A DNA stretch of 64,000 bases, from contig NMRA01000006.1 in assembly GCA_002633005.1 (NCBI GenBank), forward strand, positions 1,520,888-1,584,887. The letters are read 5' to 3'. The position numbers and the translations under genes are program-made. The notes under the pieces are model-generated. The model was not told the origin of the DNA. It did no database searches and saw only the letters and a program-made list of their open reading frames with translations. Shown one piece after another: positions 36,401 to 51,100 of this stretch; position 1 is the first letter of the stretch, and each line of letters starts with the position of its first letter. This stretch comes from Phoronis australis. Taxonomy: Eukaryota; Animalia; Phoronida.

Positions 36401-39199
36401 TATTGGCGTCCATAGGGTACTCCACCTGTACATAATTAACGTGCATGCGCTGCGTTGGCATGCGTTTGAAATGTGAACGATTGACTACAGCTAGAGTGTG
36501 GGGCTGCGCATCCTCGTAAGCTACTGATACGGCTGAAAGGAGCTTTGCATGCAACGTTAAAATTGTTAGTTCGCCGAGAAGGTTTCCAATGCTTGGTTTC
36601 CTGGTTGTTTTGTAAAGTTTGTAAAAATACTGTAAGAAAGTGTAGAGTAGCGTGGTCGCCGCTTGGCGTCTCTGTGTGTTTATGATCACTGTGTATAAAG
36701 TTTAAAACGAAATAAATACATTCTACATTGCTCCTTTTAGTTTCAAGTACCTTCACTGCATAACGGTTTTCAGTTCTTGGACGTTTCGAAATATCTGCAC
36801 GAACATTATATATGGCTCGATCCATGCTCATTTTGAATGGTTTACTTGAAACCCAGGGTAAAATGGAACTAACAATGGTAGCTTAGACCACAGGCGTCCT
36901 CAGATCGTCCCCAATACACTATATATAATACTACAAGGTATGAGTGAGACTCCGGACTAGAAATTCCACGGGTGCTTCACTTCAGCCGCCCATAACAAAC
37001 ATAAAACTCAATAAATTTACATAAAACAGAAGTTCAACAAACCATGAAGAATTGTTCTTTCTCCCAATGCCATTTATGGTGTCCTGCTCCACCAAGTTCG
37101 CAAGAAATTCGCGGTCAAAACACAGAAATCGTCCCAAAAAGCTCGTCCGGAGCAACTCATTGGTCCCACGCGCAGGGTACGGAATTATCCAAGGAGTTGC
37201 GGATGAACGGCAATTTGCCTTGATGTATAGTGCGTATTGAGAGGGCGCTCCTCGCTCGTGCAGACGCCTCAGTCCGCCGGGCTTCAACAATACAACGCTA
37301 ACACTATTGTTGACTGGCGTGTCGTTTTTATATGAAGTATGCATTTCAGTTCGTCCTTTCTGGAGTTAAATGGAAACCTTATTTATGTTTTGAAGCCAAA
37401 TAATGTCCTGTAGCCCTCGACAACTCTAAAAAAATTGAGAGAAGTACATTTTTGAAAACTCGAACTCTGCAAAACGGACGTAAGCTTTGGCGAATTTCAC
37501 GCTTGTAGGAAAAGACCACCCACCAAGGACTATAATATTTAACCTGTAACTTGGGGAGTATAAATTTTTAATTGATTCCTGCCTTGTCCTTGGAGGATCG
37601 ACGCCAATGATGCATTAGAAGGTGTCGTGCACATACCGAGGATTGGTGGAAATCCGATCACGGATTTCTTAACCCCGTGGTCGGTTTGGCGATTACATAA
37701 CCAGGTCTTCGGAATTTCCTCTTTTATCCTCTCCGTTTCATCATTTCTTGCAGTTAATTTTACAATTCAAAAAAAATTCTATCACATAAACCTATTTGTA
37801 GAACGATAGGTCACCTGGAAAATTTTCCTCGTCCATTTCAAGCCTCGATTCTCAAGACAAATGCGTTACATCCTCTTAATTGGATATACGCTATTTCAAT
37901 GAGATGGAAGGTTCAGCATTGCCTAAATAGACCACATGTACGTATTAGCAAAGCAATCGACCAGTTGTAGGGCAAGACAGGAAAACGTGAAATAAAGAGC
38001 AAATTACAGGGTCTTGTGTCCGCAGAAAACTTAATGGAGATTGCTGAGATATTGGTGAACAGATTCAAGGCGACAGTTGACAGAACAGTGAGAGTGTAAT
38101 GATAGTGGCCAACAGACAGAGGGACAGGGAACGATAAAAATGCAAATAAACATCATGATGAACTGTCTGCCCGCAAATATATATCCATCAACATGGGGAA
38201 AGGTCAATTGACAGGCTCCGACATCCTGTTCAAATTGTGTGTGCCATGGATCCTGGATCCGCCAGTGCAATGCATGTAAATATTTTATAAACGAGTTACT
38301 TGTCTAGTGGAGGTCGGAAAGGACATTCAGAAAAGAAAGTCTGCCATTCCCGTCGCTACGATGTCTAGTCGGAAAGTTTTTTAAAATGTTAAAAACATAA
38401 CTGGGGTTCAACCAGTGGCACGGTAAGCCTATGAATGCCGAAAAAAATTTGTGGTCACTGCAATGCTCGAAACAATTTGTTTCCGAGTCATTCAAGACTG
38501 GGTCTTGGTCATGGCAAATTAGCTCCGTACGCGTATGGGATTTCAGTGGAACCAGAACCTAGGCCACTCATAGTTTGTACGGCGGGTTCCCCAGTTCAAT
38601 GAATGATGGAATAACTTTTTCCAGTCTTACCGGAACATATTTGTGCCAAGTTGTTCTCACGGTTGCCACCACCATAGACTCAAGTGACCCTCCGCGTCTC
38701 GCCAATATCCGATGATACGTTTTTAGTTGGAATGCCAATTTTCACGGGGCCGACGAGCGGCTTGTCCGGTGTGTACACCGATGGAGTATGCTATGCGCTG
38801 ATCAAGGCGAACATTCATTTGACTGTTTTTCAGAAATTACCTATGAGGCAGACCGTGAATTAGAACATGTTTTGTTTCCTGCCTACACCTATAACCTACT
38901 GGTGGGTTCCGTTTCGCTGGCGGCACAGCCGTACTGCATGACTCAGTTCTGCTACTCCGGGGAACTTAACACAAATCACCGTTCGGTGCAATGCGCATCT
39001 ACACTCGTGCTTTGCGCAAATTTTTACAGACAAGATGTTGCCCCCCCTCTTGTGATATCCTAGATCCGCCACTGAGAAATTTTGACGAAGTCCTCCCGCA
39101 TTCGCCCCTCAAAATGCAAAAGCCGGTGGCCACCAACCTCATTGGCAGCCACCGGGTACTCCGCCACTAGGTGCCGCTTTATCATACTCAAAATCAATC

Positions 39200-42100
39200 A
39201 TGGCTGCCGTACTGAAGTGTTTACGGAAAATTGGAGTGTTCACAAAAACTGCTTCAAACACTATAAAATTTTCCCGGTCGGTTGGCTCATTCTATCCTAT
39301 CAATGATGACATGCATGGCTTAACAGATCATCACAAGCAGGTTTGTTTTTTACTCTGCTTAGTTAAAATATCTGAAAGCAAGCCCTCTGTCTGGCTCTGG
39401 TTATTAGGCCTAGAGCCGCCTAGATCAACTTCAGAAGTTCAGTCTTCAGACTAGTCTTCAACTTCAAGTTCAAGCCCAAGGAGGCTAGTCGTAGTTGATC
39501 TGCCCTGAGCGCTTTCCTGTATGGCAGTTCTCATAAGTAACTTTCCAACCTATAGTTATAATCGGAAACTGGCGATAACGTTTGAGTGAAAATACACTGA
39601 AAGCTAGAAAGCACAATCGATAGTCATAGATTTCAAACTTGTCTCGTTAGATAAATTTTCTTTAGCACTCCACATCACAGTGTTAACTTCGAACCACGTG
39701 AGGGTTTGACTTTAAAGGACTTTATTATTCACTGGTGCAGTAACTGTGAATCTACAATACGAGAAAACAAAGCAGACTAAGACTTATAAGACTAAGATTA
39801 AATTCACAAAATTAAAGAAATGTAATAAGACCACTTTGAGTAAATATCAAATACCTATAAAATATATCAGTGTAGGACTACACTAGACTATGCATAATAG
39901 CAAGCTATCCGCGATAATATAATACTGGAAGTTATGTGTCAATTTTTGAAATAGACCACTTTAAAACACATCATGTAAAACTCACAACTTTAGCCCCAAT
40001 GACTTGTTCACACGAAGATATTCAGGGATCATCTTAACCTAAATAATGCAAACACCGAATGTAAGTATTATGACCACTACAGAATAAAATGGCTTGTGGG
40101 CAACACCCCCTTAGTACTAAACAAAATGCAACACAACAGAACATGAACTGTAACGCATAGGAACACAGGGAAAATACAGATATAATCAGCAAATAGGGAC
40201 TGTCTCCTACAGTCAATTAAATGTGCTATTTTACAAAAACAACACACTTGGAGCCTTAAACCAAAGGAATAGCGAGATCCCAAGCTTAACAAGCACTAAA
40301 CATGGTATAAGTGCCAAACCTAGCAAAATAATGATTTACCTCAAATAGGGCAATTCCGTGAAAAGGTCAACCTCTAGACAAAATATTAAAATTGTGACTA
40401 CACTAACTTTTTTGGTCTCATCGGAAAGCCCATTCTCTCTAGTTTTAGGACCCATATTTGACTGTCCTATAACTTTAAATGTTTTGCCTAAATGGACCCA
40501 TTTTTAGGGGTCAGTTGACCCTAAAAAATTAGCTTGATTTTCATGTGTGTTGCTTATTATTGTCATAAAAAGGTAATTATGGGTATTTCACTATACTATC
40601 AGTTTTGTGCAATCAGATGAACCCCAAACTTTATAAAAAATAACATTTCAACTTTGGCACATCATCGACCTCATGGGGTCAAAGGTCAACTCCTGGATAT
40701 TGTGGTGCCGTACATCCATCACAAAAAAGTGTTAAAAAGTTTAGTTACGTTAAAAGTTTTCAATCAAAATTAAAATAATTTCTGATTCTCTTTTAACTTG
40801 TTACTCAATACTATTGACAAAAATTTTANATTCTTGACACGAATTCTATATAAAGCTGGTGAAATGACTTCAGTGATAATACCAGGTCCCCTCCAAGGAG
40901 ACGATAACTTCTTACATTTATGCTTTGCTGAAGCTGAGTCAAAGATAAACACCAGATCGCCTGTTCGAAAAACACGTTTAAATATAGTAAGGTCATAATC
41001 TTTCTTCATAGAAGACTAAGTAACTTTCCAACCTATAGTTGTAATCGGAAACTGGCGATAACGTTTGAGTGAAAATACACTGAAAGCTAGAAAGCACAAT
41101 CGATAGTCACTCATAGATTTCAAACTTGTCTCGTTAGATAAATTTTCTTTAGCACTCCACATCACAGTGTTAACTTCGAGCCACGTGAGGGTTTGACTTC
41201 AAAGGACTTTATTATTCACTGGTGCAGTAACTGTGAATCTACAATACGAGAAAACAAAGCAGACTAAGACTTATATTAAGAGTCTTATTACAGTAATAAG
41301 ACTACTTTGAGTAAATATCAAATACCTATAAAATATATCAGTGTAGGACTACACTAGACTATGCATAATAGCAAGCTATACGCGATAATATAATACTGGA
41401 AGTTATGTGTCAATTTTTGAAATAGACCACTTTAAAACACATTATGTAAAACTCACAACTTTAGCCCCAATGACTCGTTCACACGAAGATATTCAGGGAT
41501 CGTCTTAACCTAAATAATGCAAACACCGAATGTAAGTATTATGACCACTACAGAATAAAATGGCTTGTGGGCAACACCCCCTTAGTACTAAACAAAATAC
41601 AACACAACAGAACATGAGCTGTAACGCATAGGAACACAGGGAAAATACAGATATAGTCAGCAAATAGGGACTGTCTCCTACAGTCAATTAAATGTGCTAT
41701 TTTACAAAAACAACACACTTGGAGCCTTAAACCAAAGGAATAGCAAGATCCCAAGCTTAACAAGCACTAAACATGGTATAAGTGCCAAACCTAGCAAAAT
41801 AATGATTTACCTCAAATAGGGCAATTCCGTGAAAAGGTCAACCTCTATACAAAATATTAAAATTGTGACTACACTAACTTTTTTGGTCTCATCGGAAAGC
41901 CCATTCTCTCTAGTTTTAGGACCCATATTTGACTGTCCTATAACTAAATGTTTTGCCTAAATGGACCCATTTTTAGGGGTCAGTTGACCCTAAAAAATTA
42001 GCTTGATTTTCATGTGTGTTGCTTATTATTGTCATAAAAAGGTAATTATGGGTATTTCACTATACTATCAGTTTTGTGCAATCAGATGAACCCCAAACTT

Positions 42101-45100
42101 TATAAAAAATAACATTTCAACTTTGGCACATCATCGACCTCATGGGGTCAAAGGTCAACTCCTGGATATTGTGGTGCCGTACATCCATCACAAAAAAGTG
42201 TTAAAAAGTTTAGTTACGTTAAAAGTTTTCAATCAAAATTAAAATAATTTCTGATTCTCTTTTAACTTGTTACTCAATACTATTGACAAAAATTTTANAC
42301 CAAACAGGTATTACAGATATTACAGATATTGGTTGAACGATGAGTGCACTGTTTTTGGTCATCTCAAGTCAAATTCTGTTATAAAGTTTATTATATCAAC
42401 TTCACTAGCTTTATATTCTGTACAATGAGTCATCAAAGCTGCAGTTACCAACAAAAGAAAAATGCACAGATGATGTGTGGTTTATATTTTGGCAACAGGT
42501 GTCACTGCTGCTCCATTTTAGACGCACATACAAAAGCATGAAACGGGCGAAAACTCAAACATTTTAAATGGGGACATTCTTGCTCCACATCATATTATTA
42601 AAATAATGACATTTATTTCGCTTTTGGTGTTTTCAAAAAAAGATGAAGTAGATGAAACTACAGCTCTGAAACACCAGTTTGGAGTTGAGCAAGGTCCGTG
42701 TCCCTATATAAAGTACAGAATTGCGGTGGCGCATGAGTCTACTGAAAGCAGACACTCTGGCAACCAAACACGTGCTAATGATTGACAGGTCTACCAAATA
42801 GGTATAAAATAGTTTGAACATTGCAACATTTGAAATACATTGTATATTTCTTTCTGAGTTGAAAGGGCCAACTTCTCTCTTTGATTAACTGGGAGTCTTA
42901 GTAATCTTACAATGTGGGTGTACAAACTGGAGAAATTCTGATTGACAGGGCGTCCAAATGATACATTGGGCGTCCTTGCCAGGGCGTCTACATTAGTGCT
43001 AGGGCGTCCATTTAGGGCGTCCAAATGGACGCCCAGGACCTACGCTGCATGAAGGCCTGATCATCGACCTCATGGGGTCAAAGGTCAACTCCTGGATATT
43101 GTGGTGCCGTACATCCATCACAAAAAAGTGTTAAAAAGTTTAGTTACGTTAAAAGTTTTCAATCAAAATTAAAATAATTTCTGATTCTCTTTTAACTTGT
43201 TACTCAATACTATTGACAAAAATTTTAAATCCCAGGGATAATTCGTTAAGTCAGAAATTGCGTGACAGACATATAGTAAATTTGTACATCCATCACGTAC
43301 GTAAGTCACACCCATCAAATAACAATTTTTCAGCAAATAAAAGTAACCTGAGGTCATATTTTTACTTTCTAAACTTGCAGAAGTTAAAATGTATCACACA
43401 CCTAAGAAATTAAAAACAATACAATAATACAAAGGCAGCTTTAAAATTATGTGAATAAGTTGCTACAGATTTAAACTAAATGCATCGGATTTTTTCAATT
43501 TCAAAAGTATTTGCAGAAAAGTTATAGTTTGCAATGTCATCTAGTAAATCTTAGTAAAATTCAACTTATTAAAATCAGACAGTTGACCCACATTATAAAA
43601 TGTGAATAAAACAAAATGCTAATTTAATGAACTTATTGTTTATCTGTTGTTACCCCGTGTTTGTAAAGAAATGCTTAGCTTTTGGGAAATTCAAGATTCA
43701 AAAATCTTCATACAAAAGAAATCCTAAGGTGCTCTAGAGTATAAATAACAAGAGATCTAAAGGAATACATGTCAAGTTGCTACTGTGCTGGAATTAACAT
43801 GTTATTTCTGCCCTTACCTGCTATGCTGTGTTGGGTGTTGAAAAAGCCTATACTGGGCATTTTTAAGCGGTAGGAACCTTTCACCTACTTTATTGGGGAT
43901 TTTTGTCACAGCCTCACTGATTTGTTTTTCAGTGTATTGGGTCATTGGGTGGCTGGTATGAAATGGTTCAAAGCAAATGATTACATTGTCTCATCTTACA
44001 TATTTTTGATCCCTCAATCTTTTTAAGAATAAGACTAATTTTTTTTTGTGCTGAGCTTCTAGGAGATTGAATCGGCATTTAGAAACGATAGAAGAAATTG
44101 TTGGAGACCAAAACAATTAAAATGTGTTTTTATGACAGAGGTTAGTATTCTTTTAAAATTTTATTTCCAATTTTATATTTTGACAGTCACATTTACTTAT
44201 TGATTTTGAATTAGTATTCTATTTAACTCATAAAAACAGGTTTTTACTGGTAACTAGTAGTTGTCAAATACAAAATGATTATCACTCTCATTTCCACGTG
44301 GCTTACCATCTTCAAAGGAAAGTGAAGATTTTAGGGTAGTTTTATATCTTAATCAAATGGATTGAAAAGTTAAAATCTTAGAGTACATTTCTAGCATAGG
44401 CCTACCTGTGATGATATCGTATGAAAGGTCAATTGGTACATTTTAATTAAAAAAATGAATCAATAGCTTAAATACTGCAAAAGCTTGAATAATTTTAAGT
44501 TAATATCTTAGTCACAACAAACAATTTAATACTAAAAATTCAGACCATACGTCCATCACGTACGTCCGTCACACTAACTCAACTTCTATCGAGCTGTCTG
44601 ACAAAAATTTCTTGAAAGATATTATCAAAAAAATTAGTGTGTTGTACTTTGCAAACATTCCACTATATCATCATACAAAACAAAAAACTGTAACTTAATG
44701 CAACTCACAGAAAATTCACGTTAAAAATTTTTTTTTAAAAATTCAAATTCTCTGCAAACGTCCATCACGCCCCTTTAAAAGCAATTTTCTCAGTCAGATT
44801 AAAAGATAGGGGAAAAGTTGATACATGCTTTGAAAGCTGTCAATGAGACCTATCAAGTGATTTATTAATTATTTTCTTAGGATGAACATTTTTTTCACAA
44901 TTGACCAAAATGTTCTGTGATTGCACCTCCGTCACAAATGGAATTCTCACATCAATTTATGTGTAGATGACACTTGATTTTACCTAGATTGACCTTGATT
45001 ATGTTACCAGAAATACAGCCCTTGAATGGTGTTAGACAAGATGGCTGTCAAAAAGAAAGACACCATCCCAAGATGCTTGAGGGCAAAACAAGAGATGACT

Positions 45101-48100
45101 GTAATTACATAATACATCTGGCTGGTGGTTCACCAGACTTGCATAACATGTAGGCCATGAGCCATAGCTCCAGTCTTTTCATCCTGTGTCCATGTCAGGG
45201 GGGCAACTTGATTTTTTTGTATGGATAGGTATTAAGCAATTGATACCTGAGAAGTTCCCACATTTTAAGTTGCACATTTTTGTAGAAAAACAGTTTTTGT
45301 GAGTCCAAAAGTTACATTATTGAACAAGAGGTGGCGCTAAATCCAACAAAAGACTAACACAAGATGGCATCTGAAGCCAATCACAAGCTCAGAAATTAAA
45401 AGCGAAGGCAACCTTTTTTCGTGTCATTTTTAGCAAAAATGAGGTTCGTCGATTATCCCAGACATATTTTTCACTTTACTGCTTTTCGTAATTTAATTAA
45501 TTATTCGTCGTCTACTCCGGAAGTGACGTTTTGGGAGGCAAGAATTTCGCGCCAATTTCTTTTCATATAGTCTGACTGTGAGAGCAGTCGACTCAGTCAT
45601 TGTTCTACCTCGGTAGTGATAAGTTCAGTTGTCGTTTGCTTTTGCTTACGAGTCAGTCAACATGCCACGCTGTTGCTGCGTACTGGGGTGTACTCATTAT
45701 CGTCTCACGTACAGAGGAAGAACTGTCCCCTGCCACTTGCCAGAGTGTCCCGCGACACACTCCCACTGGAGGGTGATGTGAGCACCCAAACTGCTTAGAT
45801 CCCGCCATGTGACTCCCTCGCCACACACCTGGCACCTTCTAAATAGCTCCAATACAAGTCCTCAATAAACTTATCAAACTTAGGCTCACCGATCTGTTCA
45901 TTGGATGACGAACTGTCCTCTTCACTGGGTGTCGAACTGTGCCTGTATTCACTCCCACTACTCAACATCGCTGCAGGGCTGCTTACAGGCTCTGGGCTAG
46001 AGACAACAGCACAGGGCGAATCACTGCTAATTCCCAGAATTGCACGCCATGGGGTAGGTTCGGAGGCACGGGTGACAGTAGATGAAGTGCCTCCAGTCAC
46101 TGTATATAGTGGCCACAGCTCGCAAGGCTTCTCGCTTCAAAACCGCACTTCTTGGGGTTGGCGACGGAGCACTGCTGGGAATCAACAGCAACGGTATGGT
46201 ACCCTTCTTCAGGAGTTGTTTCGCAGGGACCTTCATCAATTCAGCTTACATATCTCTGCCGTAATCTGACGGAAGTGCTTGCCACACACTCGGTAACGGG
46301 CACGGGTAGCGCTGCGTTCTTCACATGAACGAGCTAGCCAAGTACGGCGAAGTGTGTCACCCTTCCGAAAGCGACGCAAGGTACCCAAAGCGCGTGTGAG
46401 ACGATGATGAGTACATCCCGGCACGCAGCAACAGCGCCGTGGCATGTTGACTGACTTGTAAACAAAAGCAAACGACGACCGAACTTATCACAACCGAGGT
46501 AGAACAAGAGTGACTCGACAGCCCTCACAGTCAGACTATAATGAAAAGAAATTGGCGTGAAAGTTTGGCCTCCCAAAACGTCACTTCCGGTGTAGAGGAC
46601 GAGAAATTAATCAAAATACGAAAAGCTATAATTAAGTGAAAAATGTGACTGGGATAATCAACGAACCTTATTTTTTGCTTAAAGTGACATGAAGAAAGGT
46701 TACCTTCGCCTTTAAGTAACTGCAGACCTAATCTAACATGGCAGCTCCCTTAGAAGATGCTGTCAGTGATTGCTGCATACACTTTTAAGCAGTAAGTTCA
46801 TCTGATCTGTTGAGTTTCTTGAAACTGACATGGGCAAAAAGCATTGACTGTGTGAAGGAATGACTTTCCCTTGGAGATAAAGACAGAAATGAGCACAATG
46901 TGTGTCACCAGTTGGCATTTGCATCAAGTAAATTGGCGTGGGCTCCAGGCAGTAGTATCGCAAATCATGTTTTATCAGCTTACTGATGTTACAAAGATTG
47001 AAAGAGCAAAGAGGAAAGATTGCGAAACTAAAAAGTATGCTGAGAACAGAACCACCTGATTACGACCAAGAGAAAGATGAGTGTTAATATTTTTCTGGTA
47101 TAGTGTGATAAATTGACGAAAGTCAGTCAGTGACAGCTGTGTAGTCAGTGGTGACAATGGGAAACAGGTCACTTCAAGTTCAAACCCAAGTCAACTCGTA
47201 CCCAAGTCAAATTTCAAAAGTATTTCAAAACTATTTTATTTGGCAAAAGCAGTGATTAAAATCAATGATGGGCTAATAATTTTTACACACAGGGATGTCT
47301 TTGTCTTGATGGCTTAAGTGAGTCATCCACAGATAAAAAGAACATTCTTTGTTATTGTTGCATTATTGTACCAATCGAAATTTAGACTGCGAATATTGCA
47401 CACACTTAAGTATTCTGCCCCTATGTACAATATTAAAAATCTACAACGGATGTCGAACCCCAACCCTTTTTGTTAATGATCTTGTTATTGGGAATACTCA
47501 ACCGATTTACTTGATAAAATGAACTATGCTAAACAATATTTATGGAAACAATTACAGGGTGATATTATTGACACATGAATACAGTTGTAAAACTGCTGTT
47601 ATCTTCCTTTACTTCATCTTTTGTTGAATATCTGAATGTAATTACACTGGACCAAAAAGTCATTACCCTGGCTGTAAGAAAACAACTCTGAACAGATAAA
47701 TTGGTCATGTAATCTGTACTATACTGGTGATAGGTTTGAATTGATTAATTGTAAGTAACGGATCACAGAACATCAGAAACTACAAAGTTTGCTGACCGGT
47801 AGACAGTGACCATTGTCCGCAGCTGGCCAGTAGAGACGCTGAAACTTTTTGACGAATTATGCCTCACACTGATTGAAAATCAAAGTTATGTTATAGGTTC
47901 CTTTTGCGCATAGAGGGACATCTTATGAGGCTGTCGGTGTCTTTAATTACTTGCAATCTAACAAATACTCCTGTAATAAAACGTTTTCTTCAAGCAATCC
48001 TTCGTTTAGTTGCCCGAATGGGCACCTGGCCATTTTTAAGACTGTGCGCGCCAGGTGCTATGACATTATATCTCCTGGAGCTTCACCACCTCTACTGGCC

Positions 48101-51100
48101 AGCTAGAGACGGTGGTCACCGTCTAATTGACATGTAGCCAACTAGCTAGCTGTATGAAGACTATTGTCAACATAATCGGTAGACAGCTTTGCACCAAGGC
48201 TACTAGTAGCTGACAGGCAAGTCTGTACTTGTTGGGCTTTTTAGTTTTTGCAATATTCGTAAAAGGATTTCGATTACGAGAGTACTTGTTCAATGTCGAA
48301 AGATTTGATGATATCAGCTGCCTCCAAGGTGTGTCCATCAATGCTCGAAAGGTACATAAAGTAATATGATTTTGATATTTTATCCAATCTTTCAGTGCAC
48401 AGGATGTATGAGAGTGTGCTACACCTTGTGGAAGATATGTGACTGAAAACACATCTGACTTACAGAAATGTTTTCCTCCGCTGAAGCTCAGTTGGTGTGA
48501 ATGGATTGAATTGACTCAAATATTTGGTATTGTGGATATATACCACTAGCCAACAAATAATTTTCTCAGCGCCCTATGTGATTGTGTGATGCAGTAAGAT
48601 TTTTGTGTGAAACATCCGGAACACGTCAAAAAATTGTTATTGCTGTGCATATAAGCAGAGCCAATATTTGCTTTGCGCTCATGGATCTTAACAACAATTA
48701 TAGTTGGTGCGGCCTAACTGTGTTTGTAGCACAACCAAAACTAAGGTTGTCTAATGGTGCTTCAAAATTTTATGGAAGACAAAAGGTACCCATAAAACCA
48801 GCCATATTTAGCTTGAAACATTTTATGTGATGTATGATAAAACACTGTCATGTTGTTTCTCAAATATTTTGGGCCACGTCACACGTGTTCAAGGTGTGGC
48901 TTGTTAATGAAATATTTTTAGCACAATGTGTTTGTTTCAGCTAAGAGAAACGATATTTCAATTCGCTCAGAAAGAATTGGCCCCACATGCTGACACAATT
49001 GACAAAGAAAATGGCTGGTCTGACCTCAAGGTAGGTAAATCAGAATAGACAATGTCTGGTGGTTGTTGTGTGGTGATAGCTGTTCCCAGAACATTACTTG
49101 CATACTTGCTCCACCAAAGCCTGGTTATGTCAGATCTCCTATTAATGAATCCGAACCCAGCTGTTGATCTACCAAGAGAGGTAACGACCTGTTATCGAGA
49201 CTGCATAGTTAAAATGTCAATGTTCTCACCAAGCTTTTTGGTGGGACGCCATTCTCAAAAGCAGAGCAGTCTCTACAAGATGACTTGTCTTGATGTTTCA
49301 TTTTATTAACTGCATGGTCTCGAGTAACAGCGAACTGTCACTTTGCATGACCAAACTGATGTCTCACTGGAAAATTTATAGCAGCGAGTGGTCTAAATCA
49401 GAAGTTAGTTGATCGACCCTCTTAATTTTGCATATTTTCACACTAAGATAATGGCATTGCAGCGCTTCCGCTATTGCCGTGGTCATAGAAAATTTTTAGT
49501 CATCTGTTGTCACAATAAGATCCTAAGTGGTTGTGTTCACTGAACTATAGCATTTTACTTCTTAGGAATTCTGGAAAAAGTGTGGTAATCTTGGAATCCT
49601 GGGTATCACAGCTCCAGGTAAGTGGGTAGGGGTTCACATTTGCATAGAGAAGTTCTCCCCTAGAGGTATTTGCTAGCAACATGTTATACTACAAGCTGTC
49701 TGTTTTAGCAGTTGATTAACTCTTGAGTCATCATCTATTGTGTGGCGAGGCAATAGTCATTCATTTACAGGGGTCCCCAGCTTTTGAGAACCAGTTTGGT
49801 GCCCTTTATTCAGTAGAGAAAACTGGTTCTTGAAATGCTGGTACCCCTGTAAGTGACTATTGGTGTGGCAATACAATAGCGACCACTTGGTTATGTTCAT
49901 TGTTAGGTATCCTCTTAGCAGATCAAATCGCCCATTAAACTCTAAACAATTGATTTTCCCAGTTGTTCTGCTCTCTGTTTTTCGATCAGGATTCACGTAT
50001 ACTGCCCAAGTGTGGTGACTGACAAAGTGTAGCTATGTATTTGAAACCGTATCATTCAATTAAAAAATTCTCGCACATTATTGCTCTTCACCTCAAAAAT
50101 ATTCCATTGTCAATGTTTAGAGCTATATTTTGTGTGGATGTAACGTTTAGGATTTGGGAAATCTAGCTTCACGGGTGTGTAAACAATCCCTGAAAAACGG
50201 TCTTTTCTATTTCATGTCATGTATGTGTATTTCTTCCTGTAGCTGAATATGGTGGTAGTGAAGGATCTTACTTTGATCACGTGCTCATCATGGAGGAGCT
50301 GTCAAGAGTGCATGCTGGGATTGCCTTGAGCTACGGTGCTCACTCCAACCTTTGCGTAAACCAGATTGTACGCAATGGAAATGATAGGCAGAAAGAAAAG
50401 TTCCTTCCAAAAGTACGGTTCAATAAGTCTAAAAGTTTCTTTTTAAAGACGATTTGGACCACTTAGTCGTGTGCTTTGACTTTGTTTAAATCAGCTTGCA
50501 TATCATGAATCTTTATGTAATAATCCACAGTGATTATGTTGTATAACATACATTAATCCCATATACGTGTGAATATGCCATGGAATATGATGTGGAATAT
50601 GCCATTGAATACGGAAAGTAGAGCCACTCCTTATTCAGTGGTAGAGGCCGTATTTCACGGTTGATGTACAATCTCCTGGTGGAGTATATTCTCCTCTATT
50701 GTGGCAAGTTTGATTGGGCTTGTTCATTTGGGCTACCTTAATTATTGTTCGAAGGCATCATTCCTGAAAAAGCAGTTTTACTGCTCTAAAAACTGTAAAC
50801 TTTCAGCAGAGATTTACCGACGAAAATTCAAATGCACGGTCATCAAGTGACTGTTTTTAGGCTTCGCTAGTTTTAATCTGGATCCCTTATTCATTAGCGC
50901 TTCCTGGTGAACGTAAAGTTGCCCACTAGAACTTATTTACTTCTTTCTACAGTTGATCTCTGGCGAAGCGATAGGAGCTCTGGCAATGAGTGAACATGGC
51001 AGTGGGTCTGATGTGGTCTCCATGAAATTGAAGGCTGAGAAAAAAGGTAGCAATGAGCAGAGTTCAACGTGTAGTGTGCTGCTGAATAACCTAGGGGTGT

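Noticed and set aside
36700-37922. Exon-like minus-strand segments between CK1 and IVD, including the 120-aa ORF 36982-37344
   Set aside because: Some AG/GT boundaries exist, but frames do not join without stops and no protein family is recognisable; may be a decayed gene, TE or lncRNA.
39536-43227. Apparent 1.3-kb segmental duplication or LTR pair flanking a Gypsy fragment
   Set aside because: Both copies end exactly at single Ns and lack TG...CA LTR termini; more likely two haplotypes differing by TE insertions that were scaffolded in series.
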